A stretch of 64,000 nucleotides of DNA from Escherichia coli (GTDB lineage Bacteria > Pseudomonadota > Gammaproteobacteria > Enterobacterales > Enterobacteriaceae), in NCBI RefSeq assembly GCF_003334815.1, contig NZ_QOWO01000017.1. One strand, written 5' to 3'. Of this stretch, positions 30,916 to 40,726 are shown in pieces. Numbering within the stretch: the stretch's first letter is position 1; each line of letters begins with the position of its first letter. Position numbers and translations under genes: made by a program. A model generated the notes under the pieces. That model had not been told where the DNA came from and did not search any database. It worked only from the letters and a program-made list of their open reading frames with translations.

Positions 30916-31679
30916 CGGATACGCGCCTCTTCAACAACATGATTCAGATGGCTGACAATCTCGTTCAGACGCGGATCGTTTTCCGCTTCCAGCCAGCGTG
31001 CAACCTGTTCTTCGCCCTGCCCTAACTGTGTAAGGTAATCATCGGCAATCTGACGACCGTAACGATAACCCGCCAGGCGACGTGCTTCGCGATCCACTTT
31101 CACGCGCAGCGGCTGCACCATATCACCATGCAGGATCTCCGCCGGTTGTTCATCCAGTTCACCCGGCCCACGGGCGTGAATTTTCTGCTCCAGCAGGCCG
31201 AGCGCCATTGCAAAGCCGTACAGCGTGGCGGCAGGCGTTGGCGGGCAGCCAGGGATATAAACATCCACAGGGACAATTTTATCCGTACCGCCCCACACGC
31301 AGTAGAGATCGTGGAAGATCCCGCCACTGTTACCGCAGGCACCGTAGGAGATACAAATTTTCGGGTCCGGCGCGGACTGCCACGCACGCAGCGCAGGGGA
31401 TCGCATTGCACGGGTGACCGCGCCGGTAAACAGTAAAATATCCGCATGACGCGGTGAAGGAACGACTTTAATGCCGAAGCGTTCTGCATCAAACAGCGGC
31501 GAAAGCGTGGCGAAAATTTCGATTTCGCAACCGTTGCAGCCGCCGCAGTCCACGCGGTAAACATAGGCAGAACGTTTGATTTTTTTCAGTAACGACGCCT
31601 TCATGCTGGCGATGGATTCATCCACCGTCATGGGGACCGGAATGCCGTTGGCGTCACGGGGGCCTAATAAATTGCTCAT
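30912..31679 (-). CDS. hycG: Formate hydrogenlyase hydrogenase 3 small subunit HycG
   Basis: NuoB-like Cys motifs, 255 aa. Confidence 0.93.
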
Positions 31680-32221
31680 CAGATGGCCTCTTTCATATGG
31701 CGAGTCAGTTCAATACGGTCGGACGGCACCAGGCATTTCTGGCGCTTACATTCCGGGCAAGTCTCAAAGCTTTCGCGGTGGTTTTCCGCGCGGCTGTCGC
31801 CGTTGTGCTTAAGCAGCGCAATGGCGTAGTCGATCTCTTTCTGGACGGCGAAAGGACGATTGCAGACGCGGCAGTTGCACAGCGCGAAGCGGGACTGTTG
31901 CAGGAAGTCTTCTTTCTTCCACACCGCCAGTTCGTACTCTTGCGACAGTTTGATCGCCGCCGTCGGGCAGACTTCTTCGCAGCGTCCACAGAAGATGCAG
32001 TGCCCAAGATTAAACTCCCAGGCAAGCTCTCCTGTGGCGAGGTCAGTTTCAACCGTTAAGGCGTTTGACGGGCAGGCATTGACGCAGGCCGCGCAGCCGA
32101 TGCACTGCTGCGGGTTCTGCTCTGGCTTACCACGGAAGTTTTTATCAACCGCAATCGGCTCCAGCGGATAAGACGAGGTCGCCGTGCCGGTTTTGATGAC
32201 TTTTTTGATAAAGGTAAACAT
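31679..32221 (-). CDS. hycF: Formate hydrogenlyase Fe-S subunit HycF
   Basis: Two 4Fe-4S CxxCxxCxxxCP motifs, 180 aa. Confidence 0.93.
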   Translation of the reverse strand: MFTFIKKVIKTGTATSSYPLEPIAVDKNFRGKPEQNPQQCIGCAACVNACPSNALTVETDLATGELAWEFNLGHCIFCGRCEEVCPTAAIKLSQEYELAVWKKEDFLQQSRFALCNCRVCNRPFAVQKEIDYAIALLKHNGDSRAENHRESFETCPECKRQKCLVPSDRIELTRHMKEAI

Positions 32222-32230
32222 GGCGATTCC

Positions 32231-33940
32231 TTATTTCAGCGGCGAGTTTTTACGCTCAATGCTGTAACGCTCGAGTTCTTTGTACGGCACCACTTTGCTC
32301 TTCTTCTTACGCACATCGACCACGGTCATGCGGTCGGTACAGGAGTAGCAAGGGTCGAGGCTACCGATAATCAGCGGCGCATCGGAAACGGTGTTGCCGC
32401 GCAGCATGTAGCGCAGGGTCGGCCAGTTCGCGTAGGTCGCGGCACGGCAGCGCCAGCGGTACAGCTTCTGGTTGTCGCCGGTCATGCTCCAGTGGATATC
32501 ATCGCCGCGCGGCGCTTCGGCAAAGCCCAGCGCAAAGCGGTGCGGAATGTAGGTAAAGCCTTCCACCATCAGTGGGCCACCCGGCAGGTTATCCAGACCG
32601 TAGTCGATCATGTTCAGCGCGGTATAGACTTCGTTGATACGCACTTTCAGACGGGAAATAACGTCGCAGCCCTGCTCGCTGTGGACTTCCATTGGCAGCA
32701 GGCCATAGCCGACAAACGGGTGATCGGCGCGGGTATCACGGGCGTGACCGCTGGCACGGACCATCGGGCCGACGTTACTGAAGTCGCGAGCGATTTCCGG
32801 GTCCAGACGACCAATGCCGACAGTGCGCTGTTCCATGTTCGGAGTGCTCAGCAGCACATCCACCAGCTCCTGCACTTCACGACGCATCTGTTGTGCCAGC
32901 TGGCGGGTCTGGATCATGTCGTCTTTCAGCAGATCGCGACGAATCCCGCCGATCAAGTTCAGGCCGTAGGTTTTACGCGCACCGGTAAGGATCTCTGCCA
33001 TTTTCATGGAGGTTTCACGCACGCGGAAGAACTGCATAAAGCCGGAGTCGAAGCCGGTAAAGTGACAGGCCAGGCCAAGGTTGAGCAGATGCGAGTGCAA
33101 GCGTTCTACCTCCAGCAGAATGGCGCGGATCATCTGCGCACGTTCTGGCACCTGAATACCCATCGCGTTTTCCACCGACGTGGTGTAGGCGGTGCTGTGG
33201 GCAAAGCCGCAGATCCCGCACACACGGTCAGAGAGGAAGGTCACTTCGTTATAACCCATACGGGTTTCCGCCAGTTTTTCCATGCCGCGATGGACGTAGA
33301 ACAGACGGTAGTCGGCGTCGATAATGTTTTCGCCATCGACGAACAGACGGAAGTGGCCCGGTTCATCAGAAGTGACGTGCAGCGGACCAATCGGCACGAC
33401 GTTGTTTTTCTTGTCGCCCAGTTCGTTGATGAACTCGTAGGTTTCAGCATCGGTGGTCGGTGCCGGACGCTGACGATAATCCATGCTGTCTTTACGCAGC
33501 GGATAAAGTTCATCCGGCCAGTCATCCGGCAGCACCAGACGACGTTCATCCGGCAGACCAACCGGAATCAAACCGTACATATCGCGCACTTCACGCTCGC
33601 CCCACACCGCCGCCGGAACGCGCGGCGTCACGGACGGATATTCCGGTTTGTTGGCGTCAACTTCGACGCGAACCGTAATCCAACACTTAGTGCCCTTCTC
33701 CATCGACAGCACGTAGTAAACGGCGTAATGACCATTCAGTTTGCGTTCGTCGTTACCAAACAGCACCGACAGCCAGCCACCCTGTTTGTAGTAAAGAAAC
33801 TCCACCACTTCCGGCAGGTAGTTCACCTTTACGGTGACAGTCAGCTGATCTTTGGTCTGCCAGGCGTGGTCCAGCACGACGCCCGGAAATGCCTCATTCA
33901 GCGCGGCGAGATAATGTTGACCTAATTTTTCTTCAGACAT
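32231..33940 (-). CDS. hycE: Hydrogenase 3 large ([NiFe]) subunit HycE (569 aa)
   Basis: Start moved to MSEEKLGQHY; C-terminal DPCYSCTDR nickel-binding motif. Confidence 0.94.
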   Translation of the reverse strand: MSEEKLGQHYLAALNEAFPGVVLDHAWQTKDQLTVTVKVNYLPEVVEFLYYKQGGWLSVLFGNDERKLNGHYAVYYVLSMEKGTKCWITVRVEVDANKPEYPSVTPRVPAAVWGEREVRDMYGLIPVGLPDERRLVLPDDWPDELYPLRKDSMDYRQRPAPTTDAETYEFINELGDKKNNVVPIGPLHVTSDEPGHFRLFVDGENIIDADYRLFYVHRGMEKLAETRMGYNEVTFLSDRVCGICGFAHSTAYTTSVENAMGIQVPERAQMIRAILLEVERLHSHLLNLGLACHFTGFDSGFMQFFRVRETSMKMAEILTGARKTYGLNLIGGIRRDLLKDDMIQTRQLAQQMRREVQELVDVLLSTPNMEQRTVGIGRLDPEIARDFSNVGPMVRASGHARDTRADHPFVGYGLLPMEVHSEQGCDVISRLKVRINEVYTALNMIDYGLDNLPGGPLMVEGFTYIPHRFALGFAEAPRGDDIHWSMTGDNQKLYRWRCRAATYANWPTLRYMLRGNTVSDAPLIIGSLDPCYSCTDRMTVVDVRKKKSKVVPYKELERYSIERKNSPLK

Positions 33941-33957
33941 GCTCAAACTCTCTTTAA

Positions 33958-34881
33958 TCACGCCGCCAGCAAGGAGACGAACGCTAAAAATGCAAAGCCA
34001 AACCCAGCCCAGGTAATGCGCGGAGTAATATCAAGACGCAGACGGGCCATGCTGTTTTCGAACAGCGCGATAACCAGGACGCCGACCACCAGTTTTACGA
34101 TGGCAATCACCAGCGCCAGCAGCAGTCCACCGGCGGTGAAGGTTTCCATTTGTCCCCACGGAATAAACACCCCGACGAACATCTGCAACACCACCAGCTG
34201 TTTCAGGCTGATACCCCATTTCATGACGCCAAAGCCGCTGCCGCTGTATTCAGAGAGCGGGCCTTCCTGCAGCTCCTGCTCGGCTTCCGCCAGGTCGAAC
34301 GGCAGTTTGCCCATTTCGATAAAGGTGGCGAACGCACAGGCACAAAGCGCCAGTACCAGCGGGATGCTCTGGCTCAGCGGCCAGTGATAAACGGTGTCGG
34401 TGATGTTGCTGATGTTGGTGGAACCGGCAACCTGTGCGGCAACCCACAGACCAAGCAGCAGCATCGGTTCGACCAGCACGCCAAGCATCGCTTCACGGCT
34501 CGCGCCGATAGCGGTAAACGGGCTACCGGTATCCAGACCAGAAATGGCAAAGAAGAAACGCGCGATGGCAAAGAGATACAGTAAGGTGATCAAATCACCC
34601 AGTTGCGGCAGCGGAGAACCGACGGTCACCACCGGCAGCGCAGTAGCGATAGTCAGCATGACGCCCACCATCACATACGGCGTCAGGCGGAACACCCAGC
34701 CGGAGGCATCCGGGCCGACGCTCTGACGCCCCAGCAGTTTGATAATGTCGCGATACTCCTGCAACACGCCCGGCCCGCGACGGTTATGCAAGCGGGCGCG
34801 CGCCACGCGGGTTATACCGGAGAGCAGCGGCGCAACGGCAAATAACACCAGCGCCTGAATTAACGGATATAAAACACTCAT
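33958..34881 (-). CDS. hycD: Formate hydrogenlyase membrane subunit HycD (NuoH-like)
   Basis: Polytopic membrane protein in the expected position, 307 aa. Confidence 0.93.
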   Translation of the reverse strand: MSVLYPLIQALVLFAVAPLLSGITRVARARLHNRRGPGVLQEYRDIIKLLGRQSVGPDASGWVFRLTPYVMVGVMLTIATALPVVTVGSPLPQLGDLITLLYLFAIARFFFAISGLDTGSPFTAIGASREAMLGVLVEPMLLLGLWVAAQVAGSTNISNITDTVYHWPLSQSIPLVLALCACAFATFIEMGKLPFDLAEAEQELQEGPLSEYSGSGFGVMKWGISLKQLVVLQMFVGVFIPWGQMETFTAGGLLLALVIAIVKLVVGVLVIALFENSMARLRLDITPRITWAGFGFAFLAFVSLLAA

Positions 34882-34883
34882 TC

Positions 34884-36710
34884 TCAGGCTCCTCGTGAAA
34901 CAATAATCACCACCAGTACCGCCAGTTCAACCAGCGCCATCCGGCGGAACAGCAACGCACTCCCCTCGCACTGCCAGCCCGGCACCAGAGACACCGGATT
35001 CAGCCATTTGCGTAGTTTCAGCACCGGCGCAAACGCCTGTTTCACCGGCATGGCAAAACCGTGAGCGGTAATCACCATTGATTTTTCGTGGTCGTAACCG
35101 CACACCCAGGCCGCACCGCGGGAACGCGATGGCAAACGATCGCCTTTGCAAATCGCCATAATGATGAATGGCAGCAGCGGGCAGGCAATCAGCAGCAACG
35201 TGATCATCGGTTGAGAAACGGTGGTGTTAGCAGGCTCCAGCGGCAGAGGTACAGCAGCAGAGAGCATCGGCAGTAGCCACGGCGCAGCAACACCGCCAAT
35301 TACGCAGCAAATCGCCAGTGCCACTACGCTTACGCTCATCAGGAGCGGCGCACAGGTGGCGTTTTCGGCTTCTTTGGTGCGCGGCGCGCCGAGGAACGTG
35401 ACGCCATAGACTTTCGCCATACACATCACCGCCAGCGCACCGGTAATTGCCAGCCCCACAGCGAGCAGCGGCCCCAGCAGACGGGCAACAAACGCGCCAC
35501 TATTGCTCAGTTTGAAAAATGATTGATAGATAACCCATTCCCCGGCAAAACCATTCAGCGGCGGCAGCGCAGCCATTGCCATCAGCCCGACTAACATGGC
35601 GATGGAGATAACCGGCATTTTCTTGCCAATACCACCGAGTTTTTCGATATCGCGATGACCGGTACGGAACCAGACGCTCCCCGCCCCGAGGAACAGTACG
35701 CTTTTGAACAGGCTATGGTTAAGCAGATGGTACAGACCACCGACCAGGCCAAGAGCAATCAGCGCCGGTTGTTCGAGCGCGATACCCGTTACGCCAGCGC
35801 CCAGCCCCAGCAGGATGATGCCGATATTTTCCAGGGTGTGGTAAGCCAGCAGGCGCTGGATGTTGTGCTCCACCAGCGCATACAGACCACCGACAAACGC
35901 GGTGATCATGCCGAGCACCAGCAGCGCGATCCCCCACCACAGCGGTGCATTACCGCCCAGCAGTGACAGGGTTAAAATGCCCAGCAGGCCAATTTTCATG
36001 ACTACCGTAGAAAACAACGCGGCAGCTGGCGCAGAGGCGTTCGCATGTGCCTGCGGCACCCAGCCGTGCAGCGGAATAATCCCGGCCAGCAGGCCAAAGC
36101 CAATCACTCCGAGCAGCCAGATATCGGAACCGAGCGGCAGCTGTTGCATACGCATATCCAGCAGGCGCAGATCCAGCGTGCCGTAACGCTGCCACAGCAG
36201 CCAGCAAGCAATCGCCAGCAGCAGAGTGCCAAGACGCCCCAGCGCAAACCACAGTTTGCCCTCTTTGCTGTTGCTGGTGAGGAACACCGCGCACAGGGCC
36301 ATGATTTCGGCCATTACCACGAACATGCCGAGGTTGCTGGCAATGACGGCGCAGACGGCGGCAGCCATCAACATATTGATCTGCAAGCCGTTGCACTTCA
36401 CCTGCGCGTGGCGATGCCAGTCAATGTTGTAGAGGCTGACAAACAGACCGCACAGACCGAGCGTAATCAGCCAAATCGCGTTAAGCGGAGAGATTTGCAC
36501 ATCGTAGCTTACCAGCGACAGCGCACCGCTCACGCCAACCGCGCCAGTCAGTACAGTGAAGCCCGCGGCTGCCGTATACAGACTACCAACCGCGCCGCCA
36601 ATTCCAGCTATCCAGCCACTTAACGCTTTTTGAAAAGAAAAGAGAAATGCCAGAACAGCGGCGGCGACAAACCACGCCACGCCGCTATTGATCAGGGAAA
36701 TTGCGCTCAT
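34884..36710 (-). CDS. hycC: Formate hydrogenlyase membrane subunit HycC (NuoL/antiporter-like)
   Basis: 608-aa polytopic membrane protein. Confidence 0.93.
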   Translation of the reverse strand: MSAISLINSGVAWFVAAAVLAFLFSFQKALSGWIAGIGGAVGSLYTAAAGFTVLTGAVGVSGALSLVSYDVQISPLNAIWLITLGLCGLFVSLYNIDWHRHAQVKCNGLQINMLMAAAVCAVIASNLGMFVVMAEIMALCAVFLTSNSKEGKLWFALGRLGTLLLAIACWLLWQRYGTLDLRLLDMRMQQLPLGSDIWLLGVIGFGLLAGIIPLHGWVPQAHANASAPAAALFSTVVMKIGLLGILTLSLLGGNAPLWWGIALLVLGMITAFVGGLYALVEHNIQRLLAYHTLENIGIILLGLGAGVTGIALEQPALIALGLVGGLYHLLNHSLFKSVLFLGAGSVWFRTGHRDIEKLGGIGKKMPVISIAMLVGLMAMAALPPLNGFAGEWVIYQSFFKLSNSGAFVARLLGPLLAVGLAITGALAVMCMAKVYGVTFLGAPRTKEAENATCAPLLMSVSVVALAICCVIGGVAAPWLLPMLSAAVPLPLEPANTTVSQPMITLLLIACPLLPFIIMAICKGDRLPSRSRGAAWVCGYDHEKSMVITAHGFAMPVKQAFAPVLKLRKWLNPVSLVPGWQCEGSALLFRRMALVELAVLVVIIVSRGA

Positions 36711-37318
36711 TTAGCCTCTCCACTTTGAGCCTGCTGAAACAAGGTGAGATCGCCAAAGTCCGTGTTAAAGGTCAGCTCACGCTTACGTTTGCTGACGCGG
36801 GCGATATCGGTGTTATCCACCAGATGCAGGGCTTTAGTCGGGCACATCCGCACGCAGGCCGGACCTTGTTCATCAAAGCTACAAAGGTCACATTTGACGG
36901 CGATCGCGCGAATACCTGGCACCCAGTCAAGCAATGTGCTGACACGCGCCGGAGCAGGCGGTGCCGGTGGCGCTTTCGGGGTATTGGCGTTTGCCGGAAT
37001 ATCCAGCGGACGGCTGCCGGAAAATTCAATTGCGCCAAACGGGCAGGCGATGCCGCACAGCTTGCAGCTTACGCACAGGCTTTCATTCAACTGCACGGCC
37101 CCATCGACGCGGGTGATGGCGTTAACCGGGCAGACCACCGCGCAGGGTGCATCTTCACAGTGGTGACAGAGCTGCGGCGCAGATTCTTTTTCATTCAGCA
37201 TCACTCTCAGGCGCGGCATTGATTGCAGGCCGTGCTGGCGATGCGTCTCTGAACAGGCGGCCTCACAAGTGTGGCAGCCGATACAGAGCGTGGAGTCAGC
37301 AATTACAAAACGATTCAC
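36707..37318 (-). CDS. hycB: Formate hydrogenlyase Fe-S subunit HycB
   Basis: Four ferredoxin-type Cys clusters, 203 aa. Confidence 0.93.
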   Translation of the reverse strand: MNRFVIADSTLCIGCHTCEAACSETHRQHGLQSMPRLRVMLNEKESAPQLCHHCEDAPCAVVCPVNAITRVDGAVQLNESLCVSCKLCGIACPFGAIEFSGSRPLDIPANANTPKAPPAPPAPARVSTLLDWVPGIRAIAVKCDLCSFDEQGPACVRMCPTKALHLVDNTDIARVSKRKRELTFNTDFGDLTLFQQAQSGEAK

Positions 37319-37338
37319 CAGGCATTCCTCAGGTGATT

Positions 37339-37381
37339 GTCATTTTTGACGAAAACATGCCGATGAAATGTCATTTTCGAC
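37339..37381. promoter_or_regulatory. Paired GTCATTTT(T/C)GAC motifs in the hycB-hycA intergenic region, candidate FhlA upstream activating sequence
   Basis: gtcatttttgac (37339..37350) and gtcattttcgac (37370..37381), read directly from sequence. Confidence 0.5.
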
Positions 37382-37442
37382 ACTCATCGACACGCCCATC
37401 CCCAAACAGGCGTAACGCCTGCAAAACGGGCAAAGCCTCAGC

Positions 37443-37904
37443 TCATGCTGCCGGGCTTTGTCCCTTTACCAGTTGGCTTAAATTCACCGGCACATTGTTT
37501 TCAATAGCGGTGTATAAGCTGTCGTAAACGCCAGCGATTTTTTCGAGATAGTGTTCCAGAACCTGTTCGCGATCGCGGATGTTGACCTTGCCATCAATCA
37601 TGCCGTCAATGCTCAGTTGCGCCTGCGCAATCCGCTGTTTGTCTTCGCCATCTTTTGTTTCGACGTAATACTCGATGGTGTGGCTGTTAAAGCCATCCGC
37701 CAGGGTGACGTAAATGCGAAAATGTTCAAAAAGGACGAAACAGAGTTCTTTGTCCGGCGCGCAGCTCATGGCGTGATGCAGGCGCGCTTTCGATAACGTG
37801 ATCCCCTGAACCAGCGAATTGCAGTAGATGTGCCACTGGTCCTGTAGGCGACGATGCCGCTGTGCGATGTAATCGGCTTTCTCGCTTATTTCCCAAATAG
37901 TCAT
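37443..37904 (-). CDS. hycA: Formate hydrogenlyase regulatory protein HycA
   Basis: Translation and operon position, 153 aa. Confidence 0.92.
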   Translation of the reverse strand: MTIWEISEKADYIAQRHRRLQDQWHIYCNSLVQGITLSKARLHHAMSCAPDKELCFVLFEHFRIYVTLADGFNSHTIEYYVETKDGEDKQRIAQAQLSIDGMIDGKVNIRDREQVLEHYLEKIAGVYDSLYTAIENNVPVNLSQLVKGQSPAA

Positions 37905-37940
37905 TGTCAGGTTACCCGTTTAACAGAGATGCCAGCTTTA

Positions 37941-37956
37941 AGCATTTTTTGTGCCA
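37941..37956 (-). promoter_or_regulatory. sigma54 promoter of the hyc operon (TGGCAC-N6-TGCT on the minus strand)
   Basis: Reverse complement ttggcacaaaaaatgct with GG/GC spaced 12 bp, about 35 bp upstream of the hycA ATG. Confidence 0.75.
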
Positions 37957-38002
37957 ACTTTTAATTTATTGTTATTAAAGAGATTTTTAAGCTAAAGATG
38001 AA

Positions 38003-38042
38003 TTTCGTCGCCGTGTCGACGTGTCATTTCGACATCATCGAC
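38003..38042. promoter_or_regulatory. CGAC/GTCG-rich repeat block between the divergent hyc and hyp promoters, candidate FhlA UAS
   Basis: tgtcgacgtgtcatttcgacatcatcgaca contains overlapping direct and inverted repeats. Confidence 0.45.
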
Positions 38043-38069
38043 ATTATTCACCGCAGGGATAATCAACAC

Positions 38070-38085
38070 TGGCACAATTATTGCT
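38070..38085 (+). promoter_or_regulatory. sigma54 promoter of the hyp operon (TGGCAC-N6-TTGCT)
   Basis: tggcacaattattgct with GG/GC spaced 12 bp, about 30 bp upstream of the hypA ATG. Confidence 0.75.
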
Positions 38086-38115
38086 TGTAGCTGGCAATAG
38101 TTAATGGGAGGCGAT

Positions 38116-38466
38116 ATGCACGAAATAACCCTCTGCCAACGGGCACTGGAATTGATCGAACAGCAGGCCGCAAAACACGGCGCAAAACGCGTAACTGGGG
38201 TCTGGCTCAAAATTGGCGCATTTTCTTGTGTCGAAACCAGCTCTCTTGCCTTTTGTTTTGATCTGGTTTGCCGCGGCAGCGTGGCGGAAGGTTGTAAACT
38301 GCACCTCGAAGAACAAGAGGCCGAATGCTGGTGTGAAACATGCCAACAGTATGTGACGCTACTGACCCAGCGCGTCCGCCGCTGTCCACAGTGTCATGGT
38401 GACATGCTGCAGATTGTGGCAGACGACGGTTTACAGATTCGGCGGATAGAAATAGACCAGGAGTGA
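38116..38466 (+). CDS. hypA: Hydrogenase nickel-insertion protein HypA (116 aa)
   Basis: Start moved to MHEITLCQRALELIE; zinc CxxC...CxxC motifs. Confidence 0.93.
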   Translation: MHEITLCQRALELIEQQAAKHGAKRVTGVWLKIGAFSCVETSSLAFCFDLVCRGSVAEGCKLHLEEQEAECWCETCQQYVTLLTQRVRRCPQCHGDMLQIVADDGLQIRRIEIDQE

Positions 38467-38469
38467 GCG

Positions 38470-39342
38470 ATGTGTACAACATGCGGTTGCGGTGAAGGCA
38501 ACCTGTATATCGAGGGTGATGAACATAACCCTCATTCCGCGTTTCGTAGCGCGCCATTTGCCCCGGCGGCACGCCCGAAGATGAAAATCACCGGCATTAA
38601 AGCGCCTGAATTTACCCCCAGCCAGACTGAAGAAGGCGACCTGCATTACGGTCATGGCGAAGCGGGCACTCACGCACCGGGCATGAGCCAGCGTCGGATG
38701 CTGGAAGTCGAAATTGACGTGCTGGACAAAAATAACCGTCTGGCTGAACGCAACCGCGCGCGCTTTGCTGCCCGCAAGCAACTGGTGCTCAACCTGGTTT
38801 CCAGCCCTGGTTCCGGTAAAACCACCCTGCTGACGGAAACCCTAATGCGCCTGAAAGACAGCGTTCCGTGCGCAGTTATTGAAGGCGACCAGCAAACCGT
38901 GAACGATGCCGCACGCATTCGCGCTACCGGCACACCAGCGATTCAGGTGAACACCGGTAAAGGCTGCCATCTTGACGCACAGATGATTGCCGACGCCGCA
39001 CCGCGTCTGCCACTGGACGATAACGGTATTCTGTTTATCGAAAACGTTGGCAACCTCGTATGCCCGGCCAGCTTCGATCTCGGTGAAAAACACAAAGTGG
39101 CGGTGCTTTCCGTTACCGAAGGTGAAGACAAACCGCTGAAATATCCGCATATGTTTGCCGCCGCCTCGCTGATGCTGCTCAACAAAGTTGACCTGTTGCC
39201 GTATCTCAACTTTGACGTTGAAAAGTGCATCGCCTGCGCCCGCGAAGTCAATCCAGAAATTGAAATCATCCTTATTTCCGCCACCAGCGGCGAAGGGATG
39301 GACCAGTGGCTGAACTGGCTGGAGACACAGCGATGTGCATAG
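38470..39342 (+). CDS. hypB: Hydrogenase maturation GTPase/nickel-binding protein HypB
   Basis: N-terminal CTTCGC metal site, G1 motif GSPGSGKTT, 290 aa. Confidence 0.94.
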   Translation: MCTTCGCGEGNLYIEGDEHNPHSAFRSAPFAPAARPKMKITGIKAPEFTPSQTEEGDLHYGHGEAGTHAPGMSQRRMLEVEIDVLDKNNRLAERNRARFAARKQLVLNLVSSPGSGKTTLLTETLMRLKDSVPCAVIEGDQQTVNDAARIRATGTPAIQVNTGKGCHLDAQMIADAAPRLPLDDNGILFIENVGNLVCPASFDLGEKHKVAVLSVTEGEDKPLKYPHMFAAASLMLLNKVDLLPYLNFDVEKCIACAREVNPEIEIILISATSGEGMDQWLNWLETQRCA

Positions 39343-39605
39343 GCGTTCCCGGCCAGATCCGCACCATTGACGGCAACCAGGCGAAAGTCGACGTCTGCGG
39401 CATTCAGCGCGATGTCGATTTAACGTTAGTCGGCAGCTGCGATGAAAACGGTCAGCCGCGCGTGGGCCAGTGGGTACTGGTACACGTTGGCTTTGCCATG
39501 AGCGTAATTAATGAAGCCGAAGCACGCGACACTCTCGACGCCTTACAAAACATGTTTGACGTTGAGCCGGATGTCGGCGCGCTGTTGTATGGCGAGGAAA
39601 AATAA
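39333..39605 (+). CDS. hypC: Hydrogenase maturation chaperone HypC (90 aa)
   Basis: Start moved to the conserved MC(I/L)G N-terminus (MCIGVPGQI); overlaps the hypB 3' end by 10 nt. Confidence 0.92.
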   Translation: MCIGVPGQIRTIDGNQAKVDVCGIQRDVDLTLVGSCDENGQPRVGQWVLVHVGFAMSVINEAEARDTLDALQNMFDVEPDVGALLYGEEK

Positions 39606-40726
39606 TGCGTTTTGTTGATGAATATCGCGCGCCGGAACAGGTGATGCAGTTAATTGAGCATCTGCGCGAACGTGCTTCACATCTCTCTTACACCGCCGAA
39701 CGCCCTCTGCGGATTATGGAAGTGTGTGGCGGTCATACCCACGCTATCTTTAAATTCGGCCTCGACCAGTTACTGCCGGAAAACGTTGAGTTTATCCACG
39801 GTCCGGGGTGCCCGGTGTGCGTACTGCCGATGGGTAGAATCGACACCTGCGTGGAGATTGCCAGCCATCCGGAAGTCATCTTCTGTACCTTTGGCGACGC
39901 CATGCGCGTGCCGGGGAAACAGGGATCGCTGTTGCAGGCAAAAGCACGCGGTGCCGATGTGCGCATCGTTTACTCGCCGATGGATGCGTTGAAACTGGCG
40001 CAGGAGAATCCAACCCGCAAAGTGGTGTTCTTCGGCTTAGGTTTTGAAACCACTATGCCGACCACCGCTATCACTCTGCAACAGGCGAAAGCGCGTGATG
40101 TGCAGAATTTTTACTTCTTCTGCCAGCACATTACGCTTATCCCGACGTTGCGCAGTTTGCTGGAACAGCCGGATAACGGTATCGATGCGTTCCTCGCGCC
40201 GGGTCACGTCAGTATGGTTATCGGCACCGACGCCTATAATTTTATCGCCAGCGATTTTCATCGTCCGCTGGTGGTTGCTGGATTCGAACCCCTTGATCTA
40301 CTACAAGGCGTGGTCATGCTGGTGCAGCAGAAAATAGCGGCCCACAGCAAGGTAGAGAATCAGTATCGTCGAGTGGTACCGGATGCCGGTAACCTGCTGG
40401 CGCAACAGGCGATTGCCGATGTGTTCTGTGTCAACGGCGACAGCGAATGGCGCGGCTTAGGCGTGATTGAATCTTCTGGCGTGCACCTGACGCCGGATTA
40501 TCAACGATTCGATGCCGAAGCACATTTCCGCCCGGCACCGCAGCAGGTCTGCGATGACCCGCGCGCGCGTTGTGGTGAGGTATTAACGGGCAAATGTAAG
40601 CCGCATCAATGCCCGCTGTTTGGTAACACCTGTAATCCTCAAACCGCGTTTGGTGCGCTGATGGTTTCCTCCGAAGGAGCGTGCGCCGCGTGGTATCAGT
40701 ATCGTCAGCAGGAGAGTGAAGCGTGA
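39605..40726 (+). CDS. hypD: Hydrogenase maturation Fe-S protein HypD
   Basis: Translation with CGxH and CPVC motifs, 373 aa. Confidence 0.93.
   Translation: MRFVDEYRAPEQVMQLIEHLRERASHLSYTAERPLRIMEVCGGHTHAIFKFGLDQLLPENVEFIHGPGCPVCVLPMGRIDTCVEIASHPEVIFCTFGDAMRVPGKQGSLLQAKARGADVRIVYSPMDALKLAQENPTRKVVFFGLGFETTMPTTAITLQQAKARDVQNFYFFCQHITLIPTLRSLLEQPDNGIDAFLAPGHVSMVIGTDAYNFIASDFHRPLVVAGFEPLDLLQGVVMLVQQKIAAHSKVENQYRRVVPDAGNLLAQQAIADVFCVNGDSEWRGLGVIESSGVHLTPDYQRFDAEAHFRPAPQQVCDDPRARCGEVLTGKCKPHQCPLFGNTCNPQTAFGALMVSSEGACAAWYQYRQQESEA

Noticed and set aside
32492-33925. 477-aa ORF on the plus strand, antisense to hycE
   Set aside because: Same in-phase antisense artefact as in alaS; no start-site signals
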